This document shows positions 37,545 through 50,983 of a stretch of DNA of 64,000 nt, piece by piece; position 1 is the first letter of the stretch; the number at the start of each line of letters is the position of its first letter. The position numbers and the translations under genes are program-made. The notes beneath the pieces are model-generated. The model did not search any database and had not been told where the DNA came from. It worked only from the letters and a program-made list of their open reading frames with translations. Source of the DNA: Oikopleura dioica (lineage: Eukaryota; Animalia; Chordata); the NCBI GenBank assembly GCA_907165135.1, contig OU015568.1:558001-622000 (forward strand), read 5' to 3'.

Positions 37545-38265
37545 TGAATTCGAAATCGATATTGATAAACAGGAGCTCTCGAAAAGGATGGGTAAAAAAG
37601 GCTTTGTGGGGCGGGCGCGCGACGGCGGATGGGCAATTTTCTCTCGAGAGAGAAGGGGGCAGTGCTTATGGCCCGTTGGCTACTCCGTGGCTACCAGACA
37701 GACGTTGTTTTTCCATTCGACGGTGCGGTATCCCCATTGGTCACGTCGCGCAGCCGGCCAGCGCAATCGAAACTAGACAACGCCTGTCTGTCGCCTTTTC
37801 AGGCCTTGTCTTAGCACTTTTCGCTCGTTTTTTGAGTAGAAAACTTGCGACTGGGGCAACTACACAAGTACATAATGAAAAAATAATGCTTTGAGTAAAT
37901 AACAAAGTAGAAAATTAGGGTTTTATAAAGAGAAAGTAATATGGGGTCAAAGGTCATTAAATTAACGGGTTCAAAAGCGCCATATAATATGGCCCATATT
38001 TCTTTTAATTTATATTTATTGGATGTTTAGGCGAAAAAATAGACACTTCCCGCCAAGGGGTTAAACCAACATAAATATAAGTACACTCTAATCAGTAAAT
38101 ATTAATATAAAGAACAAGCAACATCAAGATTAGCCCTTTATTAACATCGCAATCATTTCATATCTCTGATCAACCCGACACTTTACTATCATTACATCAG
38201 CCTTGGTACAACAAGTGTAGTACCACTAAGTACACGAGTAGTAGTAGATTTTTGAAATGCTTGCT

Positions 38266-40138
38266 TTAGAACTTCTTCGGCTCGTTTCTCATATCGATCA
38301 CGTATCTCCTAATTGTAAAAACGAAATTGACAAAACAAGACCTTTTGAATATTTTGGCAATAGAAAAATTTATTTACAGACTGTTTATTTACAGTTAATG
38401 ACGTTTCCGTCGACGGAGCCTTGGGACAAGCGCCATCCTTTGTTGTTTCGGCATCTAGAAGAAACGATGAAAGCAATTGAAAAGTAGTTAGATTGAAGTT
38501 ACCGAAAGACGATCTTTCCATCAATGTCTGGGTTGGGTTTGTTGCATTTTGGGGAGCAGCTTCGAACTCGACCACCGTCACCGCCGCGTCGGAGGATGGC
38601 AGTTCCGGCGTCGTATTCCAAGTTGCACTTGAAGGATCCGCCTGAATCAAAACTGTGATTTTGAAATTTCATCAAATGTCATCAAATGTCATCAAATGTC
38701 ATCAAATGTCATCAAATAACATCAAATGTCATCAAATGTCCTCAAATAATATCAAATGTCATCGAATAACATCAAGTGTCATCAAATGTCCTCAAATAAC
38801 ATCAAATGTCATCAAATGTCATCGAATAGCATCAAATGTCATCAGATGTCAGTTTTGTATTCAAACCTTTGATGGTGTACATCTCCTCCAACGTGTTTTG
38901 AGCACAAGTAGTACAGTCGAGCTTGCCACGTCTGACTTTGGACCACTCATTTCCACTAAAAATGCAATCGTTAAAAATTATCCCTTGGTGAATTTTGAAG
39001 GCATGCTCTTGACTTAAAAAATCGTTAGAAGCTTCTTGCCACTCGAGAATTTCGAGATAACAGTAAATTTTTTGGTGAATAAGAAGCCTTGAGCTCGAGA
39101 TAAACGGGTTACGGAAAGCGAGCTTGTTAATCCTAGCTGGTATCAAGCAAAAGAATGCTCACCGTTCACGTCGAAGACAAGTTGAAATGGCAAAAGGCTT
39201 GAATCCATCGAAGCACTGGAATTTGCAGCGGACTTGTCGCTTCTCATCCTTGTCGGAATCGCAGGCCCAGGAGCCCTTTTCTTCGGTTGGGTGGGCTTCA
39301 GTGATGTCCATGCCGCAGAAAGAGAGGGGAGGGGGAGTTGTGGTGGTGGTGGTTGTCGTGGTTGGGCCTCCAGTTGGTGGTGGTGTCTGAAAGTTTTTGT
39401 TAAGGTAAGAATAAGTGACTTGGCTCAGCAACCTGTGTAGTTTGGCTCGAAAACCTGTTTCGAAAACCTGAGTCAGGGCCTGATAGATTTTAATCAATGA
39501 AAAAATATCGGCAAAGTCAGGCCCTGACTCAGGTTTTTTGTGCAGGTTGTTGCACCAAGATTATTTGATCTTGATGGATTTTCATTACATTTACCTTGTT
39601 GTTAGTAGCAACTCCATGAACATAAACATGTTCAACCTTTGTTCCCAAATTCTGGCCAAAAGCGGCCATCAATTCTCGGAATTCAGTGTTGAAATCGATT
39701 CGCTTGTCGCCAGGATTGAAGTGGGGAATGAAGGTGAACTTGTAGGTTTTCATGTTGCCATCGACTTTTTTGACAATTCCTTCAGTTTTGATGAAACCGA
39801 CTTCGTTCGAGAGGCCGATTTCGATCCAAGCGGTTTTTGAGTTCCAGCCTGAAATGAGAAATTAAGAATATTGAATCAAAAAAAAATCCAAAAATATAAA
39901 AAAAATTGAAAAATATCTAAAAAAAATAAGATTTTTTTCTGAAAAATAAGGAAAATTTTTCTTTTGGAAAATTTTAAGAATTTTTTGACTTACTTTTGAT
40001 TCCAGCCTGACTAAAGCCAAACTGCAGTCTGACATTGAAACAAGCTCTGCAAGTCCATGTGTTCGTCTTTGTCACAAATTTTGTTACGTCAACAGTTCCA
40101 GCTGACACAAGCGCGAGAAAAAATGGTAAAAGTCTCAT
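38266..40138 (-). CDS. Secreted protein with Thr/Pro tract and CCP/sushi-like module(s)
   Basis: Signal MRLLPFFLALVSAG; PPTGGPTTTTTTTT; WACD...CKFQCFDGF...STC sushi-like pattern. Confidence 0.6.
38668..38850. repeat. Intronic 10-bp minisatellite (CATCAAATGT)n, about 18 copies
   Basis: Directly visible, with variants CATCAAATAA and CATCGAATAA. Confidence 0.95.
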
Positions 40139-40599
40139 CTTTCAAAAACTTTTTTCTTTCTCTTATTTAGTTGATTGAATTCCCAAGAGATATTCTCGTT
40201 GGAAAATTCTGTATGGTCGGGAATACGCAATGCGGCGCGTATTTATGCGCGGCGCGAGGAAAGAAATGGTGGTGGTGGCGCAGCGCACCGATACTTTGAC
40301 AAGCGAGGTACAAGAGGTTACGCTGCTCGATTGAGACCGATTTTTGATGAAAAAGATTCACTCAAGAACGAATTCATGAACTAAGGACTTTTGAATTGAA
40401 TAATAATATGTATATTTTTTTTTCAAAAAGGAAATTAAAATTCTTGTCAGGGTTTGATCAAGTGAAGGCATTTTGAACTAAGGTCTGGGTTCGGCAATGT
40501 GCGTAAAACACCTGAGAAAAGGTCTGAAAAATATAAGATAAAAAACACAACATCTTAGAAAAGCCGCTAAGCTGTCTGACCCTTACTATGGTAGGTAGT

Positions 40600-40800
40600 A
40601 TAACCTCAAAATTCGGCCAAGTATAATTTGTTTTTTTTTTTATTTTTCCTAACCCTACTCCTAACCCGGGGGCTTGGCCCCCCGGGACCCCCAATGGGTG
40701 AAAGTACGCAGTTCCTAACCCTAAGGCCTAACCTACGGGGCTTCGCCCCCTTGGACCCCCCTAACACTAACCTAAAATGAGGGTGGCCGAATTTTGAGAA
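40600..40800. mobile_element. MITE-like element with internal CCCTAA motifs and GC hairpins
   Basis: Inverted repeats CTCAAAATTCGGCCA / TGGCCGAATTTTGAG; hairpins GGGGCTTCGCCCC and GGGGGCTTGGCCCCC. Confidence 0.55.
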
Positions 40801-42789
40801 CGTTCTACGCTATGGTATTCTACACAGGTTTCCGAGCCAAGACTCGGGTCATTATTCGGGGATCAAAAATGACAGTATTTGGCCGAAACGATTTTGTGTC
40901 TAAAATTTTAGACTAGAAAATCACCGAACCCCCAGTTTAAAACCCCCTTTAAGCACCCCCGGAATTCGCGGAAGGGTCTCCATTGAAAGTTTTTTTTGTC
41001 CACTTGTTACCGCCTTCTTTTTGATGACATCAAGTTTACGTCCAGAACATAAATTAAACATGTTTTCATAAACTTGCGCTCTAAATACCGCTCAGATCAA
41101 ATCCAAAAGTCGGCGAATCAAAGATCACGTGATGTATCTCAGACGAATAGCAATATTTACGCCACAGCATAAAAACGAATTTAGAATATTACATTTTTGA
41201 ACAGAATTATCCGAAATAAGGATCTTATCATTTCTGTTTTGCGCCAAATAGCTTATTATTTTGAGGTTCAACTCGAACCTTTTCGTTTTTATTGCATTAA
41301 AAAACTTGGATTTTTAGAACCATTTTTTAACACATTAAAAGTTCGTTTTCCACGACGAATCAAAACGTGGTCAAATCGTGAAATTTTTGCGGATTTTTTC
41401 ATTCCCGAAAATATTCGGTAAAATAAACAGAATGTTCGCACGCGTAAAAAAACGCTGATAAAACGCGGTTGCTAATTATAGGCATATTTTGTTCGTGAAA
41501 TCGAAGAAAGAATGGCTTTGATAAGGAATTGGGTAAAATGAAAATGACGTTTTTTCTTGGCCACTTTTTAAGTGAGCTCACCTGAGTAAGATAACATAAA
41601 TTATACAACCTCTGCGTCAGTTATTCAACTGTCATTATCATTTTTCGGAACCCCCTTTTTACGATTATTTATATGAAAAGCCAACAAGAGAAAAAACACC
41701 CCCTTTTGACCCTCAAAAATCTCCCCCTCAAAAAAGTTCAAAACTCGTTTTACATAAGTAACTTCGGTTATCTCCCGCCGCTCCACACAAGAGCTATTGA
41801 CTAAACATGCAAAAACAAGGCACTCGAATACTTCTAAACTAAATTTTGCACTGCTTGAGAAATTTCTTACGCGCCGGATAGCGCCTTATCGCCTTATGCA
41901 TCGCGTCCTTTTCTCTGCACTTGAGAATGGTATGCATGGAACGGATGCGCTTGAATGGGTTAAAATTTTTATGTTGATCAAGGTCAAACAAAAACTTAGA
42001 AAAAGAGTTCTTGTGGGGGTTAGGGTTAGGTTTGGAAGAGAGCAGCCGATTTTTCGGTTGAAGAATTCTAGTGAGAAATAAAATAATGATGAGTTTTCAG
42101 TTAAGTACCCACCGTTAGAATTGGCTTAACTCATTTTTGCGTTTTGTATAATTACGTGCTCTGGGAACTTGAAATTGACAGTGCCGTGGGTTTAAATGGA
42201 TTTGGAGAATGAAAAATTTACGAGAGACATCTCAGTACATTCGAATTCAGGCCGGTTACGTAAGAATTCAATTCATTAAAAATTTGTCCCGCTCTCTAAT
42301 TTCAAAGTACTTTGACCTGGACGACGGTATTTATCATTGTCCGGATTTGCAATTCACCGACCTGCATGATGCAATTTTGCTATCAATCAAGCCACGATCA
42401 AGGTAAGCCTCTCGTTCTAGTATCAACTTTGTTCTAAAGACACGATAGACTTGATAGTGTTCAATTTTGAGAAGGAGCACGACAGTTTATCAGGCATGCA
42501 GGGAGATTCGAAGAGAATGACGAAAAAATTGACCAGATAAGCACAACCCAATACAAATTTACGATCTTGAGGAACGTTATCGCTGATAACGGCAGACATT
42601 GTGCTTTGCTGGTTCCAGATTTTTGCATGATTACGTTTAATCTGGATCAGCCAGTTCGGTAAAACAACGTGTTCCTCTTTTTGCTGGAATTGCTTCCTAT
42701 GAAGGAAGAAATTAAAATTTCCATAAGTGATCTTATCTATTTTTTTGTCATAAAACGTATATTGATGTTGCACAGAATATCTACTGTTT

Positions 42790-45013
42790 TTATGAAAATT
42801 CAATCGTCCAAAGAAAGGCTTTCTCATCCCTGTTATCGAATTTCTCCAGATAAAGATGTGGATCACTTGCGCTCTTTGCATACATGTATTTATCTGCTTT
42901 ATCGTCAAGAGCCAATATTCTCCATGTAAGACAGAGTTCTTTGTCACTGTTATCGCAATTTTTTTCAAATCTCCATTTCTCGTTTGTATTTTTTGCACTT
43001 TCATCCATGTCTTTGTGAAAGACGGCATCTTTATTGCCATTATGATAAGCTGCGGCACCAGTGTTGTTATACGCATGGGTATTTATTAAATAACCATCAT
43101 CGAAATTCCCGTTGGAATCGAATCTTGGTGTTAGCCGTAGATAATGAGGTTCTCTTCTCAACTCGAGTTCGACGCCGTTACCACCTTTTTGGCCATGCTG
43201 GACAAGAGAGGTTTCTCCAGGAATATTTCCACAATTAATATAAGTCTATCAAATTTTCATTTTTTATTTTCAAAGAAAACAATCAAACCTGGTATCTAAC
43301 ATTTACGAGTGTGACTTGTTTAAAGCAATAGAATCCATCTCCAGTATTAAAACAAAACGATCCAGGCGGACAATTACATGTTTCAGAAGGCTGTTGCTCT
43401 GTCGTTGTTGTCGTGGTTGTAGTTGTTGTTAAAGCTGTAGTTGTTGTTGTTGTCCTTGTTGTAGTTGTAGTTGTAGTCTTAGTTAATGTTGTTGTGGTCG
43501 AAGCAGCTGAAGTATTAATAATTGCAGGTGGAGTCGTAGTCGCAATTTTGGACATTGTCGTTTTAGATGAAGATGTTGCTGCAAATGTAGATGTCGTCGA
43601 CGGGATCGCAGTTGTGGAAGAAGGAGGGATCGCAGTTGTAGTGGGTTTTGTGGTTAAAGTAGGAGTAGTAGTCGAAGTCGTTAGCTGACTTGCTTCTGTG
43701 GTTAATGGATGAGTGAAATAGGTAGTCGATTGAGTTGTTTTCAGATCAGTTGTCACTGGTATAAAAGACGTTGACGTTGGACGTACTGTTATTGTTAAAA
43801 GTGCAGTTAACGTGCTAATTGATGTTTCTTCAGTTGTATTTACTTGCTCGAGAGTACTTTCAGTTTTTGATGAGATAAGAGTGTTTGTTGAAGTCGCGAC
43901 TTGAGGACTCTTAGTAACAGGGGCAGAAGATGTGTTTGCTGTTGTTACTGTCATGTTTTCTGTTGATATTGAATATGATTCTGTCAGAAAAGATGTACTT
44001 GCTGTCTCAGCAATTGGACTCGTTTTCTCATGGGATGTCGATAACGTGATTGGACTTGTAGTTGCACGAGAAGATAAGGATATGAGATTTGTTGTGGTTT
44101 CCTCAGAAGAGGGTGCCTCAGTTGCTGGAAAAAGCGTTGTTGCCGACTCTGAGAAAAATAAATTTGTTGAAAAAATTTCCTTGTGACAAGAATAATGTGA
44201 CAGAAGCTGTCTAAAAAATTTTCCTTTTTTTGTTAACTATTGCCAATTTGTGCCAAAATTAAGAGTTTTCAGACAGCATTGATCCCGCATAATTTCTAAT
44301 CTGATATTCCTACCAGTTGTATCCAGTTCTTCTGAGGACGATGTCGTTGGGATAAGCGTCGTGGAAGATGACATGGTCATTTCCGAAGGTGATGTGTTTT
44401 TGGGTCCCTCGGTGGAATAATGAAAACTCGCCTCTGTCGTTATCGATGGAGTGGAACTGTCGTCAAGTTCCGTAGTTGGATAGATTCCCGACGGAGCCGT
44501 CGGCCGGGGAGTGAACTCTAAAACAAGTTCAATGATTCAATTTTTGAAAGGATTGTCCAGAACATTGCATAATGCACTCAAAAACTTTTCTTTGAAAATG
44601 AAGAAACATGAATAATATATTGAAAACAAGCAAACCTTTTAAAAGTGAAGTGGTTGTCTGTGAACCCAACGAGGTTGAAATTAAAGTTGTAGGGTGCGGC
44701 TTCGTGAATCCTGCATTTCCCCTGAATGACATGCTATCATCTCAACCTCTCTTTTAACCTAGAAATAAGAGAGGGTCAACCCTAATCCAAAATGAAACCC
44801 TAACCCTAAAAGACAGGCCAAACCTTAACCTCACCCTTAATTAAAGTTCTATAATTTTTAGACTATCAACCTTTGTGACGCGTATTTTCCATAAAGAATC
44901 GGTGCCGTAATCGCTGAGCCAAGCAGAATCGGTACTGTGACCGCAAAAGCAATGTTCATTTTTCTTCTTTTGAATCTCTCTCTTGCACGTCTTATTTCTA
45001 CTTCTTCTTCCAT
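42790..45013 (-). CDS. Mucin-like protein: N-terminal anchor, long Ser/Thr stalk, EGF-like module and C-terminal globular (beta-trefoil-like) domain
   Basis: RARERFKRRK followed by hydrophobic MNIAFAVTVPILLGSAITA; T/S-rich ORF 43283-43954; CNCPPGSFCFNTGDGFYC; last exon with KWRF and WRIL..LWTIEF. Confidence 0.7.
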
Positions 45014-45984
45014 CTTCTTCCAAAAATGGGACTAGCGGACAAGAATTTTCAACTTCCGTTCGTTCTTCTGGTAGGATGGTATCTATTCAAAGCGATTTAT
45101 TTTTTGCCTTATCGGCTCTTGTTATTCAGATGTGAGCGTGTTGTTTGCATTTGTCAAGGTGAGTTCGATCTTGAAAAAGTTTCAGAAGCCTGTCGCGTCT
45201 GAACTTACAGTAGTTTGATAGTACTGAAAAAACGGCTGTTTGCGCTCATGACAGCGCCCTTGTCGATTTGCTTGCAGTCCAAAGCGATTCCAGACGAGAT
45301 AAAAGCTTCTTGTTCAATAGCTACAGTAGCTACTCAGTCTGAGTGCTTTGTTTATATTCACCAAGCGATAAAAAGTCACATCAGAACGATAAAACAAAAA
45401 TGAAGAATTCGAATTCCAAATTGACCTCGATTTTGGAGGTCGAATTTCGTACCTCATGTTATGGAAACATCAGTTTTGATAAAATCGATAAGGCCGAAAT
45501 GATTGATCGTAACTAGGGCTTGGTTTTTTTTGATAGGATGGAGTTATTTACGAGTCCATGTATGTTGATGATGGCCAACATAACTTATGATTCAATAAAC
45601 ATGATTTTCTCAGATCACTGAAATACCAGGCTTCAGATACGAGATCAATTCGTCCATGAACATTCTGGTTAACATATTTACTGTATGTTTTTCTCAAATG
45701 ATTAATTAAAATTGTATCAAAAAAGCTTAATGATATGACTCAATATCATTATCAAGATCAGATTACTTTCAATTTCTTTGGATAAGGAGACAAAGCGTCC
45801 AAAAATCGATCTCGTTATAGAAATTCAGCTTCTTCACAAATTATTTAACAAATTGGGAAGTTTAGTTTGGTGAATCATCCTATCTTACTTTGAATCGCCC
45901 GCACAAATCAGCTTCTCTTCGCCCCTGAATCTGAACAAAAGCGCTCGTAACGTAACGAAAGTAAAAGTAAAATTCAGAGAAAAA

Positions 45985-46599
45985 ATGAAAGAGATGAAGT
46001 TTTTTCTATTTTTATCGCTCGAAAATGTTTTTGCTGAACAAACTTGTCAACCGAACGCGAGCTATAGAGACTGCGGAACTGCCTGCCCAAGAATTTGCAA
46101 GCAAGAGAATGTGGATCTCTGTGCTGCTGTCTGTGTTTCCGGGTGTTTTGTAAGTCCCTTTTACTTTTCGAAAAGTGTTATGAGACAATAGTGTGACGAT
46201 GGCTACATACTCAACACCCGCGACGGCTTCTGCATCCCCGAGTCAATCTGTCTCGATTCCTGTCCACCCGGTCAGGTGCTCCAGCAAAACTGTTGTACGA
46301 CGTCAGACTGTGCAAATAAAAATTCCGCCATGTGCGCTCGCTTTCCCGATGGAACAATCTGAAACGGGTCCATTTTCATTTGGTCAATTTTTCAACTTGT
46401 TATGCAAGATTTACCCGATTAAAGTCCGGAGATCTGTGTTTGCGAAGAAGACAAGCTTTGGAATAACGCTACTCAGACTTGTGTTTCTTCAGATGAGTGT
46501 ACCGACCCGCCCCGAAGCGCGAATACTCCTACAGTAGAAACAACAACAGGCGAGGGTTCTAATTTGGAACTTCTAAAGCTAAAGTGTGTTTTTCTTTAG
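45985..46599 (+). CDS. Secreted protein with two TIL (trypsin-inhibitor-like) domains; in-frame TGA in TIL2
   Basis: TIL1 has all 10 Cys; TIL2 has 9 Cys and TGA (46360-46362) at the sixth Cys position. Confidence 0.8.
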
Positions 46600-48609
46600 C
46601 ATTTTTAAAGAACCACGATAAAGAAAGAAATAAAAGCTTTGATACAGAACTATCACTTCTTCCACTTCTGATTATGTTTTTCTTTGTAAGATAATTTATG
46701 AATCAATAAACTTATAAATTTTTTGAAATTCGGGAACTGGTGAGTTGGAGCGCATTAGATAATTTATTGACGATTTGAATATTTAGAAAGTGGAAATGGA
46801 AAAAAAGTAGATTTTTCGGAAGTGAATTCGTGTTTGACCCGCGTGCGTTAGAAGTGGCACTCGTGCTTCTTGGCATGGCGATTCCTTTTTTACCCGAGAG
46901 ACGCCCCGTGTCAGCGCGCAACAACAAATTCACCGGCACCGAGGAGGAGATAGGGTAAACTGATAAACGCTAATTGAGGAAAGGGCCAACATTAGAGAGC
47001 TTTTTTCATCCTGAGTCAGTTGTTGCTCTAGAATAACAGTGATATCGTTCAATAAAATTCGACAAAAGTCAGAACTAATGAGGTAACACCCTTATTTAGT
47101 GTTGGAGTGATTCTTAGGGGGTGGTGTCAAGAATCGATAAAAATTCTCGATAAATTTTGCGTGGGCGGCTTCTCGGCTGCTGATTGGCCGGTTAGCCCAA
47201 TCAAGGCTTTTGATTGGTCGAAAATTTTCACGCAAAGTTTGTCGGGATTTTTGTCGGTTCCTTAATCCTCCCCGCGCTAAGGACCTCTTTATCAAAGACA
47301 TAAGGGTATCACTCATTTAATTTCAAGAAAAAAAGATAAGAAAATTGTCGAAACAGTTTCTTGGTTTTATGAACTTGACAAAAATTTCTAGAAAACTTGA
47401 TCATCTAACCATAATTTTGAAGCATCAACTCAAGTCGGATCGCGGTCAATGTTTCGCCAAAGCTAAGTTCATTTCATCAAAGAAACAAGTGGATATACGT
47501 CCAGCTAGCTCAAAAGTCCTCAAGTGCTCAAAGTTCAAGATGTGTTATGACTCGGGACACTCGGTTCTTGACGTTTTTTTTCTCTTTGTGGCACTCGACT
47601 CAAGTTATGCAAGGTCGTTGATTTCTCGTGGTTTTTCTGCTGGATACAACACTTGGCATCGGTCAACTGGAAAAGAGGGTCAAAAATTAAACTCCTTTCA
47701 AAGAAAAAAAAATTATGAAAAAATTAGTCGAATCGGAAGCAAAAAGATGTTTCTCGTAATTAGCAGATTGAGCCTTCTTCCCGAACACTGGCACGTGCAC
47801 CGTGGATTACGTTTTTATCGTTACACGGGCAAGTCTTTTATCGATACCGTAGCGGAATTACTACAGGACGTCTACGCGAACAAAAAATAAGCAGCGATAA
47901 CCTTGATTGACTCAAGTTTATGAAAAATGGCGAAAAAAACGAACAAAAACGCCCTGAACTTGTTTTGAACTTACCGCATTTTCTCGTTTTTAACGATAAC
48001 GACTTTCCTTTTGGGTCAGGTCTAATGATGATGAGGGGGCGGCTTGGCGGTGAAGTTCCGTGAAATACAACTTTAATTGCCAAACGGGGCTCACATTATT
48101 TTTCACTTGACATTTCTTCTTCTTCAGTTATCTAACTTATGTTCAAGAACGAGTTTTTCTTGAGAGCTACTTAGTGTAAATAAAAGATAACAACTTGATG
48201 GGCAGATGAGAATGTTTTTTCGGGAACTTGGCTTGTGACTTACATTATGCTAACAACTCCTTCTCCCTGCTTATTAATGCCCTACTTTTGAATGTCTCAT
48301 TGAATTTTTATCGATTTTTTAGTGTCGAAAGGCACTTAAATTGACTTTTTGATCTATTTTCCGGGTAAATCTGGGATTACTTTTTACGCTTTTTTCAATG
48401 AGTTAATAAAAAAGAGGGGTCAGGATTTCACTCAGAAATCCTTATTTAAAATCGTCTCTATCTGTATCAAGATGGTAATTTTTATCACTAATTATCTGAA
48501 AAACACAATAATAATTTTTTAAATACTTTGGCTTTTAAGCTTCAAAATTTTTCTTAAATAGAATTTCGTCACTGCAATTTTAATAATCTATTGCGTTTTA
48601 TTTCGGTTT

Positions 48610-49912
48610 TCAGAAAAGATCTCGTATGAATCTTGGAATATCATATCCGAATATTTCATAATCCATTTGCAGGTGTTTATAGACGGACTTTGGAAGGTGC
48701 TTATCAACGCTAAAAATATAAAAATGAGCATGAAACAATATTTGAAATGAACCTTTTGAGGTATTGTTCCAATAAATCGTGATTTGACGGTTTTGAGTTT
48801 CCAGTCGGATAGGAGATAGTTTCAAGGCCCAGACTTTTGAAAAGCCATGCGGAATCTTCTTCAATCGTCTCAAGTTTCAAAATATAGTCGTAATCAATGT
48901 CGCAAGGGTAGCATATTGACCAGTAATTCTCCCAATGCTCGTTTTTCGGAATCGGCGGAAAGGTCGGGTCCTTGTCGATAACATGCCGCAAAAATTCTTC
49001 GAAAGTGGCAGGAGTTGAACTCGATTGTTCTGATGTACGGTTGTATATCCGATGAATTTTATTTGAAACGTCTCCGAAGAAATCATTTTCGCGAAATGTT
49101 TCGATTTTGTTCCTTATATGGCATCAATACGTAAACGAATAATATGGCCATAATTTATGGACCAAAAATTGTGGGCAACTGTAGTTTTCTGTAGTTTTTT
49201 TCTTGACCTACTTTTCGATCCGATTTTTAAGGGTGTAAGAGTAGAAATAAGGCGGATGCTTTGCCGGGTTTTAAGGGAACCGGAAGGCCCCTGACACCCT
49301 TAAAAATCGATTCGTCAAATTAAAAAAAATCAGAAAATACCAGCAAAGTCAAAATTATGGTCTGAATATTTGTAATAAAATGAAGCCACTTTCCTAAATG
49401 CAGATAAAAGTCTTTCAAATGGATCTCTCGTGACCATAAATTTGGTGTACGAGTCTAGCCTTCTTAGTCGTTCTGTTTTGTTGAGACTCCAGAAGTTCAT
49501 GCTTTTCAGGTTTTCTACATCGTTAGCGTAAGAACCGGGTATAAGGAACCATTTTCTGTTGATTGCGTTTAATTTGTGAAATTAATTTTGTTTAATATTT
49601 TTATTTTATTTTTAAACGCTCCCCACTCTCCGCCGCTTTTATCTTTTCTTCGTCTAAATCACCGTTTAAATAAAGAAGAACTTTCTTCCAGTTTGTGCAG
49701 CCGACTTTTGGGATCACACAATAGAGCATTTTGTACTTGTCTACGAAGAGAATATTTGGCCGTCTTCGCACTCCTTCCTCTACCAAGTATTGGTCGAGTC
49801 TTGTCCACTGATTCGCTTCGCATACTTTTTCCGCTCGTAATTTTCTCAATTTAAATCTTTCTTCAACGGATAATTTTTCCTCTTTCTCTATCTTCTTTTG
49901 TGTAAAATTCAT
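48610..49912 (-). CDS. Carbohydrate sulfotransferase (CHST11/HNK-1ST, Sulfotransfer_2 family)
   Basis: 5'[16 protein letters not shown]; 3'[13 protein letters not shown]; HW...CYPC.IDYD.I.KLET; DYEIFGY. Confidence 0.92.
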
Positions 49913-49965
49913 TTTATCAAGCTTTTTTCGGTCAGTAACAGAGTTGCAAATTTTGCTTTATTTTC

Positions 49966-50212
49966 GCTGAGCTGAGCTAATCTGCCTGAAAAATTCTCTT
50001 AGCTGAGCTGGCCTTTTTCGGAGCTCACTAAGCTCAGCTGAGTCGAGCTGCCCTTTTTCAGAGGTCACTGAGCTGAGCTGAGCAGACCTTTTTTAGGAAG
50101 TTGAGCTGAGCAGACCCTAATTAGAGCTGAGCTGAGCTGGGTGAGCTTAACTGAGCTATTTTTTAATAGAAAAATTGTGTTGAAATCATGAGCTGAGCTG
50201 AGCTGAGCTGAG
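49966..50212. repeat. Cluster of (CTGAG)n pentamer repeats, probably subterminal repeats of a DNA element
   Basis: Many GAGCTGAGCTGAG runs in both orientations. Confidence 0.7.
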
Positions 50213-50853
50213 TGATACTTGTTTCTTTGACCCATTCCTGTGATTTACTTTGCAAATGATAAATGCCAGCGCACGCAAATAAAATCAATAAAGTTAAAAG
50301 AAGTCTACTCCATGATAAAGTGCCTTTCAAAGTTCACCATATTTTCCTTGTAATTCAGGAAGAGCAAAATTTTGAAAAACTCTGGTTTACCAGCCTTGAA
50401 AAGTCATCATTCTCTATGATATCTCTAAAGCGATTGCATTTGTTCTGCAAATTTTATGCATAATTTTTGCAAATTTTATGCTTGGACTCCTGGACTAGGC
50501 CAGTAGTAAAGAAAAATAAAGTGTGTATATTTCTCGATATTTTATATGTGTCAGAGTGAGTTGTGTAGTGAACAGAAAGAGGTTGAGCTATTTTCTTATC
50601 CGTGTAGGCGCGCGGTCCGAGACGAGTAGAATGCTTTCTGGAAGTGCTGACATGCAACCACTAGAAGCAAACCACTATTTATTTAAAATAAAGATGCTCA
50701 CAGAGGATTTTTCTTGAAAATTTAATTGATGGATCGACCAGAGATGATCGAAAATCCCATGAACAGTTTCCTTTTTATTTTTGTTTTGTTGTATTGACTA
50801 AAGAGTTTCTTCTTATGTCGCCGAGTCCTGATTCTGAATACCCATCTCTTGAA

Positions 50854-50981
50854 TCAGTCAGATAAGGGGCCAAGCCGACCCGAAGAGAAGCCTGAATCTG
50901 GAGCTAGATCGTCTAATCTGACTGAATAAAAGAGACGGGGCTGGCCTCCCCTTCGGGTCGGTAAGCCCCTTATCTGACTGA
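50854..50981. mobile_element. Short palindromic MITE
   Basis: TCAGTCAGATAAGGGG..CCGACCCGAAG / CTTCGGGTCGG..CCCCTTATCTGACTGA. Confidence 0.75.
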
Positions 50982-50983
50982 AT

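Noticed and set aside
38655-39017. ORF of MSSNVIKCHQ repeats
   Set aside because: Translation of an intronic 10-bp minisatellite on the strand opposite the host gene.
43413-44186. Val-rich + strand ORFs as membrane proteins
   Set aside because: Antisense of the Thr-rich mucin exon.
47345-47890. 181-aa ORF as a possible gene or transposase
   Set aside because: No recognisable motif or reliable splice model; cannot be supported.
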